From Minisyncoccota bacterium (lineage in GTDB: Bacteria; Patescibacteriota; Minisyncoccia; Phycocordibacterales; UBA9973), in contig JBAZSF010000002.1 of the NCBI GenBank assembly GCA_041662525.1, positions 90,196 through 154,195 on the forward strand: 64,000 bases of DNA. Direction: 5' to 3'. Position 1 is the first letter of the stretch. Every line of letters begins with the position of its first letter. The notes below the pieces were generated by a model. It was not told where the DNA came from and searched no databases. It saw only the letters and a program-made list of their open reading frames with translations. The position numbers and the translations under genes are program-made. This document shows positions 57,113 to 64,000 of this stretch, piece by piece.

Positions 57113-57313
57113 ATGATATTAAATATGTTTGAACTTTTTTTTAAAATTTGGTGGATGATCGCAATCCTACCAGTTCTTATCTTTTTTGAAGCTACTAAAA
57201 AGTTTTCAGATTTCTTAAAGAAAAGAAACATCTATTCACACTGGGATTCCTGGCATTCTGGTGTCATTGTTCTAATCATTTTAATCATTATTCTCCTCCT
57301 AAACGGGTATTAA
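57113..57313 (+). CDS. small two-TM membrane protein
   Basis: Hydrophobic ORF. The ORF-track TTG start lies inside the terminator hairpin, so the internal ATG was chosen. Confidence 0.3.
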   Translation: MILNMFELFFKIWWMIAILPVLIFFEATKKFSDFLKKRNIYSHWDSWHSGVIVLIILIIILLLNGY

Positions 57314-57335
57314 TTAACATTTCCCCTAAGCTGTT

Positions 57336-57354
57336 TCGGACGTCCAACGTCCGA
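57336..57354 (+). repeat. REP hairpin copy 1
   Basis: tcggacgtccaacgtccga, preceded by tttcccctaagc. Confidence 0.8.
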
Positions 57355-57433
57355 ATAAGAATATCCACAGAAATGCGGGTATTCTTATTATTTTATGAGA
57401 TAATAGATAAATTATATTTATATTTTAAAACTT

Positions 57434-57452
57434 TCGGACGTCCAACGTCCGA
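57434..57452 (+). repeat. REP hairpin copy 2 (extended arms aaactttcggacgt / acgtccgaaa..gttt)
   Basis: Identical 19-mer, 21 bp upstream of the RAYT start codon. Confidence 0.8.
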
Positions 57453-57472
57453 AAAAAAGTTTATTATTTTGT

Positions 57473-58132
57473 ATGAGAAAAGATCCACTTATAACCAACC
57501 AATATTATCATATCTATAATAGGGGAGTTGATAAAAGAGATATTTTTATGAATGAAGCTGATCTTAATAGGTTTGTTTTAAGTGTTAAGAAATTCAATGA
57601 TATTGATCCTATAGGTAGTATAAAAGATTTAATGCTGAAAAAACCAGAGGATTCGGACGTTGGACGTCCGAATCCTCTGGTTTCGATAGTTTGTTATTGT
57701 TTTAATCCAAATCATTTTCATTTTATTATAAAACAGGAGGTGGACGGTGGTATTTCTGAATTTTTAAAGCGTTTGCTTGGTGGATATACAAAATATTTTA
57801 ATTTGACCCACAAAAGAAGTGGTGCATTGTTTCAAGGAAGGTTTAAATCAAACTTAATAGACGATAATGCATATTTTTTAAAAATTCGACCGTATGTTCA
57901 TTTAAATTATTTAGTGCACGATATTCCAAAGGAAAAAATGCACTTAGTTTTATCAAGTGAAAAAGAATACAATATGGGTGATTTCGTTATTGTTGAAGAA
58001 AAAGAGGCAAAAGAACTTTTAGATTTTTATAATGGTAACGAAAATTTTAAGAAAGAGTGTTTAGATGTAATTTCTTTTATTAAAGAAGAAAGAAAATTAA
58101 ATTTTTCTTTAGAAGAGGATCTATTTATATAA
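57473..58132 (+). CDS. REP-associated tyrosine transposase (RAYT; IS200/IS605 TnpA-like, HUH/Y1)
   Basis: YYHIYNRG N-terminal motif, HUH motif NHFHFII and GGYTKYFN...ALFQGRF (Y...Q.RF) C-terminal catalytic-Tyr motif. It is flanked by REPs. Confidence 0.7.
   Translation: MRKDPLITNQYYHIYNRGVDKRDIFMNEADLNRFVLSVKKFNDIDPIGSIKDLMLKKPEDSDVGRPNPLVSIVCYCFNPNHFHFIIKQEVDGGISEFLKRLLGGYTKYFNLTHKRSGALFQGRFKSNLIDDNAYFLKIRPYVHLNYLVHDIPKEKMHLVLSSEKEYNMGDFVIVEEKEAKELLDFYNGNENFKKECLDVISFIKEERKLNFSLEEDLFI
57647..57677 (+). repeat. REP copy 3: 31-bp perfect palindrome inside the RAYT ORF (in-frame)
   Basis: gaggattcggacgt-tgg-acgtccgaatcctc, encoding PEDSDVGRPNPLV. Confidence 0.8.
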
Positions 58133-58135
58133 AAT

Positions 58136-58154
58136 TCGGACGTCCAACGTCCGA
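58136..58154 (+). repeat. REP hairpin copy 4
   Basis: tcggacgtccaacgtccga, 4 bp after the RAYT stop. Confidence 0.8.
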
Positions 58155-58212
58155 AAGAAAAGTTTTCCACAATTTTTTTTGTAATTTATTTTATTTTTTA
58201 TATAATTTAAAA

Positions 58213-58851
58213 ATGGAAAAAATAAAAATGTTGTTCGCCCACAGAATTTTTAAAATATTTTGGTGGGTTTTTTTAATTTTGGCTGGTTTATTTATTATTT
58301 TAGTTATTGTGCGTGCTTTTCATTTTTATAATTTAGATAAGACAAATGCGCAGGTGGAGAAAATTCATGCGACGAAACTCACACTCGATGACGTAATGGG
58401 TAAAAATCTTCCACCAGATCCGGGTGCTGAAGCAGATAAAACTGTGGCGGGTATTGATGCAAACAATAACGGTATTCGGGATGATGTAGAGCTTGCGGTC
58501 TTTAAAGAATACCCAAACTCTGCGAAAACCAGAGCGGTGCTTTTGCAGTATGCATTGGCTTTGCAGATGGAGGTGATACAGCCGATGATAAATACAACTA
58601 TAGTAGATAAGGTGATAGGAGAACAAAGCAGGGGAAGTTCTTGTGTTGCTGATATTCTTGTGCCAAGGGAAAGCCCTGAATCTAGTAGAAATGATAAAGA
58701 TATGGAAAAAATTGATACATATATTAATTTTATTGAAAATAAACAATTCAATACTGAAATTCGAATTAAAGCACGGGAAGATTTTTATAAAAATCTTGGA
58801 AATTTTGCTAATTCAACAAAAGATGAAGATTGTGATCTAGATGTTTTTTAA
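58213..58851 (+). CDS. hypothetical membrane-anchored protein
   Basis: N-terminal TM helix and an acidic extracytoplasmic domain. Confidence 0.4.
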   Translation: MEKIKMLFAHRIFKIFWWVFLILAGLFIILVIVRAFHFYNLDKTNAQVEKIHATKLTLDDVMGKNLPPDPGAEADKTVAGIDANNNGIRDDVELAVFKEYPNSAKTRAVLLQYALALQMEVIQPMINTTIVDKVIGEQSRGSSCVADILVPRESPESSRNDKDMEKIDTYINFIENKQFNTEIRIKAREDFYKNLGNFANSTKDEDCDLDVF

Positions 58852-58882
58852 TTACAAAATTAAAGTTTCATAATTTTTTTAT

Positions 58883-61800
58883 ATGAAAAATAGAATATGG
58901 TTTATTTTTGTTCTGGTTTTGTTCTTTTTATTTTGTTTTAAAGATGTTTCAGCGAGCGAACTATGTTCACCAAAAGGATATAGTATTTTTACTGTAAATG
59001 GAATATTGAATAGTGAAATTGATGCTATAAAAAATAAAGATAAATTAAAAAGTAAATTTCCGCCCACTTACAATAACGAACCTTTGATTATTGACTACCT
59101 CTACAACCCCACCCATCTTGCTGGAGCAGGGGATTTGATTGATGCAGTAAAACAAGGGCTTTTTGATCAAAAATCCGATTATGATTTAGTAGAAATGTTG
59201 AATGATGCAAGTCAAAAAGTTACCACTCAAAAAGTATTACTCGTTGCTCATTCGCAGGGTAATTTTTATGCAAACAATTTTTATGACAAAGTTGCCGACC
59301 AAGAAGGGGGAGTCCCTGGTCAGTCTATAGGTATATATGGCGTAGCAAGTCCCGCAAACCGTGTCGCTGGCGGAGGAAAATATTTAACTTCTAATACCGA
59401 TAATGTTATTGCTACTATGGTAGCACGTTATATTAAAATTTTATCACCCAATATTCACATATCACTTTCAAGTAATGATGATAGAAATGGTCATGATTTT
59501 TCTGGCGTGTATTTAAAATATCAAGGAGACAGAATCGTTTCTGATATTAAATCCTCACTTAATAAATTAAAAGATAATGATGAGCAAGATTCCAGAGAAC
59601 CTTGCATATCTCCGCCAGAACTTTCTACGCTTCACAAAGTGCAAGGTCTAGCTTTTGCTGTGGCTGATCCAACAGCCAATTTTACTAAAACAGTTGCTGT
59701 TAAAACTGCCCTTGGTTCATATAAAATTGCTTCAGCCATTGGAAATGGTGTGTTAGGAGGGGTGAATTTAGTTGCTAATTCTATTTCTTCATTTACCAAA
59801 AATACAAAAGGATTGGTACCTAACAACGACGCGGGAGTAGTTTTATCTAATGGCGAGACATCTTCAAATACTAATAGTGCAAATCCAACGAACAGTACCC
59901 CAAAAAGTTCTATTGTTTCACAGATTACAAATAAAATAAAAACATTAGCGATGGGGATAGTTGATCCAAATTCTGTATCAGCTGAGAATAACGAAGATTC
60001 TTCTTTGCCTGCGCCTGTATCTATTCCTGAGAATATTGATAGCATTGATTCTATAAGTAGTGAAAATAATACAAGCGGGAGTAATGGCGGTGGTAGTGGA
60101 GGGGAAGTTGTTTTACCTGTTGAGCCTACTTTAGACACTATTCCTCCCGTCGTAATTGAACCCGAGATTATTCCTCCAGTTGTAGAACCCACACTAGTTG
60201 TAGATATTATTTCACCCGTCATCACTATTCTCGGAAATAATCCCACAGAAATTATAAAAGATACTATTTACACTGATGCTGGAGCGACTGCGCTGGATGA
60301 TATTGATGGAGTACGAGATGTCGTTGCTACAGGATTTGTAGATGTTGCTGTTGTTGGCACTTATATTATAACTTACACCGCGACTGATTTGTCTCAAAAT
60401 ATTGCGACCGTGACACGAACTGTAAATGTTGTTGCCCTTCCAGTGGTTGAAGAAGAAATTATTCCAATTATTCCACCGGTTCCAGAGGAAGAAGTTTTGC
60501 CTCCGCTTCCACCAACTCCTCCTCCGCTCAATACTGTTACGATAAATGAAAACACTACATTAGCTCCAGGCGAATACAATTATGATAATTTAATTATCAC
60601 TAACAATGCAGTTTTAACCCTCGAAGGAGACCCAACTTCTTTAAACGATTTTAAAGGAGTAAAAATAAATGCTGTGAATATTACCATTGATGCTGGTTCA
60701 TTAATTTCTGCTGATGGAAAAGGATATGGTCCCAATCAGGGTCCGGGTGCCGGGGAAGATGTATCTGCTATTTCAAACCCTGGCGCAAGTTATGGAGGAG
60801 CTAGTTCTGGTAATTCTAATGAAACAATTTATGGTTCAGCCACTCATCCAATTGATTTAGGTAGTGGTGGAATTACATATGGTGGCGGAGCTATCCGTAT
60901 TATGGTCTCTGATACTTTTACAAATAATGGAATTGTTTCTGTTAATGGAAATACCTCAAGTAGTGGTGGCAGTATTTATGTGACAGCGAAAGACATAGGA
61001 GGTAGTGGAGTATTTCGATCTAATGGTGGAGGTCTTTATGCGGGGAATTATTGGAAAAGCCCGGGCGCAGGAGGACGAGTCGCTATTTATTATCAGACTT
61101 CATCTTTTGGTGGAACTGCCGAAGCAAAAGGAGGATGTGGTAGTTATGATGGATGGAGCATGTCTTGCTCGCAAAATGGCACTGTAGGTCTTTTTGATGA
61201 ATCGGCAAATAATCTTTATATTAATAATTATTGGAATTTCCAAAAAAATGATAGTCCATTTAATTTCAATAATATTATTTTAACAGGAGCGAAAGTAATA
61301 ATTGATGATGGTACAGAAATTAATGCGAGTGGTATTATTCTCGACAAAGCTTCAACATTTACTCTTTCTGGCGAAGAAATTATTAACGTAGGAACCCTTT
61401 CTCTTTTAGGAAATTCAGATATTACTATAATTCCTGAAAAGATACTTTCTTTGAAAGTTTCAAATCTTAATATTGAAAAAGGTTCGACAATCTTTGCTGA
61501 TGACAAAGGGTACGTTAATGGACCCGGAACTTCCGAAATATATGGTGAAGCTGGGGCGAGCTACGGAGGTAAAGGAGGTGGCGCAACAGCCAAACCAGCT
61601 TATGGTTCTGATGTAGCACCGGCAGACTTCGGTAGTGGGACGGAGGGTCGTCGTGGTGGCGGGGCTATTCGCTTAATAGTGGATAATAATTTTAAAAATG
61701 ATGGTATCGTTTCAGCTAGTGGAATTTCAGAGCGTGTTAGCGGAGGCAGTATTTATGTAACAGCAAATAATATAAGCGGTAACGGTGTTTTTAAAGCAAA

Positions 61801-62671
61801 TGGTGGAAGTAGTTCTTGGCCTTATGGACCTATCGGGGGTGGGGGTGGAAGAATAGCAATTCATTATAAAACTTCTGATTTTTCTGGAACGACAAATGTT
61901 TTGTCTGGTATTTATTGTTTTTATGGTTGTGCTCCAGCGGGAGAGGCAGGCACTGTTAAAATGATAGATGATTCAATTCCAATTCTACCTCCGCCGGCTT
62001 CTCCGATTCTTAGTTCTGCAAAAATTATCACAACATTTAATTTTTCAAACTTAACACTGAACGTTATTGGAGTTCTAGATGAAACTAATCACAATGTTTC
62101 TTTAACTGTTCCTTTTAGTACTGATGTAAAAACTCTTGTTCCTACTATTACAATTTCAGAAAAAGCTTCAATCAATCCAAACACAGAGGTAGCGCAAGAC
62201 TTTACTAGTCCAGTTACTTATACAGTTACTGCCGAAGATGGCTCTACACAGAATTATGTTGTGGCGGTTTTGATTACTCCTGCTCCTGAACCTGAGCCTG
62301 AACCAGAACCTACTCCAGACATCACTCCGCCTTCAATTACGAGTTATACGTTCAATGGCGTAGCGGGTAACATTACGACTGATCCGTTAACAAATCCTGT
62401 GTCTATTGTTTTAACTGCCAATGAAAAAGTAAATTGGACTTCTATAAAAATTGAAAATCAAGATAATCCAAGCATTCATAAATATTTTTATGACGGTGCA
62501 AATTGTGTTAACGGTACTGATACTTGTACTAAAATTTGGAACGGAGAAACTTTTGGCGGAACTTTGCAAAATGGCATATATAAAATTAAAATAAAAATGA
62601 AAGATTTAGCTGGCAATGATTTCAATGATTATCTTTTCCCTTATGTAATTACAATAAACACCCATATTTAG
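58883..62671 (+). CDS. giant secreted surface protein (N-terminal alpha/beta-hydrolase-like GxSxG module, duplicated Gly-rich beta-helix modules, PEPEPEPE linker, Cys-containing C-terminal domain)
   Basis: Signal peptide. LLVAHSQGNFY nucleophile-elbow motif. Two ~140-aa internal paralogous modules (…DGKGYGPNQGPGAGE…GGAIRIMVSD… and …DDKGYVNGPGTSE…GGAIRLIVDN…). The PEPEPEPEPTPD motif follows. Confidence 0.7.
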   Translation: MKNRIWFIFVLVLFFLFCFKDVSASELCSPKGYSIFTVNGILNSEIDAIKNKDKLKSKFPPTYNNEPLIIDYLYNPTHLAGAGDLIDAVKQGLFDQKSDYDLVEMLNDASQKVTTQKVLLVAHSQGNFYANNFYDKVADQEGGVPGQSIGIYGVASPANRVAGGGKYLTSNTDNVIATMVARYIKILSPNIHISLSSNDDRNGHDFSGVYLKYQGDRIVSDIKSSLNKLKDNDEQDSREPCISPPELSTLHKVQGLAFAVADPTANFTKTVAVKTALGSYKIASAIGNGVLGGVNLVANSISSFTKNTKGLVPNNDAGVVLSNGETSSNTNSANPTNSTPKSSIVSQITNKIKTLAMGIVDPNSVSAENNEDSSLPAPVSIPENIDSIDSISSENNTSGSNGGGSGGEVVLPVEPTLDTIPPVVIEPEIIPPVVEPTLVVDIISPVITILGNNPTEIIKDTIYTDAGATALDDIDGVRDVVATGFVDVAVVGTYIITYTATDLSQNIATVTRTVNVVALPVVEEEIIPIIPPVPEEEVLPPLPPTPPPLNTVTINENTTLAPGEYNYDNLIITNNAVLTLEGDPTSLNDFKGVKINAVNITIDAGSLISADGKGYGPNQGPGAGEDVSAISNPGASYGGASSGNSNETIYGSATHPIDLGSGGITYGGGAIRIMVSDTFTNNGIVSVNGNTSSSGGSIYVTAKDIGGSGVFRSNGGGLYAGNYWKSPGAGGRVAIYYQTSSFGGTAEAKGGCGSYDGWSMSCSQNGTVGLFDESANNLYINNYWNFQKNDSPFNFNNIILTGAKVIIDDGTEINASGIILDKASTFTLSGEEIINVGTLSLLGNSDITIIPEKILSLKVSNLNIEKGSTIFADDKGYVNGPGTSEIYGEAGASYGGKGGGATAKPAYGSDVAPADFGSGTEGRRGGGAIRLIVDNNFKNDGIVSASGISERVSGGSIYVTANNISGNGVFKANGGSSSWPYGPIGGGGGRIAIHYKTSDFSGTTNVLSGIYCFYGCAPAGEAGTVKMIDDSIPILPPPASPILSSAKIITTFNFSNLTLNVIGVLDETNHNVSLTVPFSTDVKTLVPTITISEKASINPNTEVAQDFTSPVTYTVTAEDGSTQNYVVAVLITPAPEPEPEPEPTPDITPPSITSYTFNGVAGNITTDPLTNPVSIVLTANEKVNWTSIKIENQDNPSIHKYFYDGANCVNGTDTCTKIWNGETFGGTLQNGIYKIKIKMKDLAGNDFNDYLFPYVITINTHI

Positions 62672-62699
62672 TTTCCCCTAAGCCGGGCTTAGGGGAAAC
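62671..62699 (+). terminator. hairpin gtttcccctaagc-cgg-gcttaggggaaac
   Basis: Perfect 13-bp stem. The same tttcccctaagc half-site precedes REP copy 1. Confidence 0.5.
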
Positions 62700-62724
62700 C
62701 TGTCGGGTGTTGGACACCCGACAG
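62700..62724 (+). repeat. REP-like variant hairpin (ctgTCGGGTGTtggACACCCGAcag) with compensatory substitutions
   Basis: Relative to the REP, a>g and c>t changes in one arm are matched by g>a and t>c changes in the other. Confidence 0.6.
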
Positions 62725-62914
62725 CTGTTCTTGCTTCAAATATTTGAATTATAGTATAATTAAACCATGGTTACCAAACATTTCTTTAAGGTTCTGACGA
62801 TTTTTGCATCAATGATAATTCTAGGATTAATTGTGCTTTTAGCTACAGAATATTTTGGTGAGCAGGCAGTACAGGCAACGAATACAGATAGTCAAAATCA
62901 GGTTGCAAAGTAAA

Positions 62915-63025
62915 GGGAATATGGTATATTAATGATACCGCAGAGAAAGCAGGCAAACCTTAAGTCCTGTTTAGTGGGTCGATAAAGCGGTTTTTACCGT
63001 TTTTTTAATTTTATATTTAAAAAAA
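62915..63025 (+). promoter_or_regulatory. possible L10 leader / promoter region
   Basis: A 110-nt untranslated region upstream of rplJ with a small attenuator-like hairpin. The position is the one expected of the L10(L12) autoregulatory leader. Structure not verified. Confidence 0.25.
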
Positions 63026-63508
63026 ATGCTATTAAAAACAAAAAAAGAAGAAATGATCAAGGACTTGGAAGGAGTAATTAAAAACTCTGAATCTTTAGTC
63101 TTTGTTAATTTTCATGGTTTAAAAGTAAGCGATGAAACGATGCTTCGAAAGAATCTTCGAGATCAAGGCGTGAATTATAAAGTTTCCAGAAAAACATTAC
63201 TGGCCCGTGCGCTCAAAGGTAAAGCAGAGGGAGAGATCCCAGAGCTTGCCGGAGAAGTTGCTATTGCATATTCCAAAGATGCTATTTCTTCACCACGAGA
63301 AGTGTATAATTTCCAAAAAACTCACAAAGGGGCTCTTAGTATTTTGGGTGGTATTTTTGGAGGTAAATTTGTGGATGGTGCTTATATGATGGAAATGGCA
63401 ACGATCCCAAGTAGGGAAGTCTTGCTTTCCAAGATTGCATTCTTGCTCAAGTCTCCTATGCAACGTTTGGCTCTCGCAGTAAACGAAGTAGCGAAGCAAA
63501 AGAAATAA
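63026..63508 (+). CDS. rplJ: ribosomal protein L10
   Basis: L10 family pattern, followed by rplL. Confidence 0.85.
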   Translation: MLLKTKKEEMIKDLEGVIKNSESLVFVNFHGLKVSDETMLRKNLRDQGVNYKVSRKTLLARALKGKAEGEIPELAGEVAIAYSKDAISSPREVYNFQKTHKGALSILGGIFGGKFVDGAYMMEMATIPSREVLLSKIAFLLKSPMQRLALAVNEVAKQKK

Positions 63509-63544
63509 TCAGAATAATATTAATAGTTAATTATATAAAAATAT

Positions 63545-63910
63545 ATGTCAAAATTTGATTCATTTATGAAAGACCTCGAGAGCGCATCAGTCTTGGAACT
63601 CAATGACTTGGTGAAAGCAATCGAAGAAAAGTTCGGAGTATCAGCTGCCGCTGTCGCTGTGGCTGGTCCGGCTGCTGCTGCCGAAGCAGTGGAAGAGAAA
63701 GATTCATTTAGTGTTGTTCTTACATCTGCTGGTGAGCAGAAGATCGCGGTAATGAAAGTTGTCAAAGAAGCACTCGGTCTCGGTCTTAAAGATGCTAAAG
63801 ATCTAGTGGATGCTGCTCCTTCAAATCTAAAAGATGGAATGAAGAAAGCTGAAGCTGAAGATCTAAAGAAAAAGATTGAAGAAGCAGGAGGAAAAGTCGA
63901 GTTAAAATAG
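63545..63910 (+). CDS. rplL: ribosomal protein L7/L12
   Basis: Ala-rich hinge and conserved C-terminal domain ([22 protein letters not shown]...EAGGKVELK). Confidence 0.9.
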   Translation: MSKFDSFMKDLESASVLELNDLVKAIEEKFGVSAAAVAVAGPAAAAEAVEEKDSFSVVLTSAGEQKIAVMKVVKEALGLGLKDAKDLVDAAPSNLKDGMKKAEAEDLKKKIEEAGGKVELK

Positions 63911-63964
63911 CAAAGCTATTTTAACGAGATACTGAACGAAGTGAATGTATAAGAGTTGAAATTT

Positions 63965-63997
63965 AAAAAAAACGGAAGCATTGCTTCCGTTTTTTTT
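63965..63997 (+). terminator. rho-independent terminator
   Basis: aaaaaaaacggaagc-att-gcttccgtttttttt. Confidence 0.85.
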
Positions 63998-64000
63998 GTG

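Larger units (their letters stand above)
57320..58165 (+). mobile_element. REP-RAYT module: IS200-like tyrosine transposase gene flanked by REP hairpins
   Basis: Four copies of TCGGACGT-cca/tgg-ACGTCCGA lie around and inside a Y1/HUH transposase gene. Confidence 0.6.

Noticed and set aside
57336-58154. Regularly recurring 19-nt repeats that could be mistaken for a mini-CRISPR array.
   Set aside because: Repeats are palindromic, irregularly spaced (98, 213 and 489 bp) and one lies inside a gene. They flank a RAYT transposase, which identifies them as REP elements.

Overview
This AT-rich (~33% GC) window is dense with small genes, and its content (type IV pilus operon, ComEC, many large surface proteins, few Shine-Dalgarno sites) resembles Patescibacteria/CPR-like bacteria. 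That lineage call is inference only. Most of the window is ordinary housekeeping backbone: argG (3' part)-argH, tig, ppa, nusA, tpiA-pgk, recJ, rnhA, glyA, tmk-dut, argS, ileS, recO, glyQS, metG, tatD, rpsF-ssb-rpsR, efp, recA, ftsK, rplJ-rplL. There is a pilB-pilC-pilin-minor pilin cluster and a ComEC gene whose MBL domain sits in a separate ORF. At least seven large secreted or surface proteins are present, two with peptidoglycan-binding domains. Features not explained by standard annotation: (1) a ~41-nt conserved core repeat in three copies, each flanked by locus-specific inverted-repeat arms. Two copies lie ~25 bp upstream of recJ and recA in the same orientation with a compensatory-mutation hairpin, and one is inserted in-frame inside ileS. 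(2) ileS also carries an inserted histidine-phosphatase (RHG...SHG, SixA/PhoE-like) domain. (3) A REP-associated tyrosine transposase (RAYT, IS200-like HUH/Y1) is flanked by GC-rich REP hairpins. One REP sits in-frame inside the RAYT gene, and a covarying copy lies 4.5 kb away. (4) A second ~90-bp repeat family occurs in two copies. (5) An exact 11-mer AGTTATCCACA (DnaA-box consensus) recurs upstream of secreted-protein genes. (6) Compositional islands (a 55% GC small secreted protein gene and a GDSL lipoprotein gene) and an unidentified GC-rich structured segment downstream of glyQS also stand out. No CRISPR array, rRNA or tRNA was recognised.
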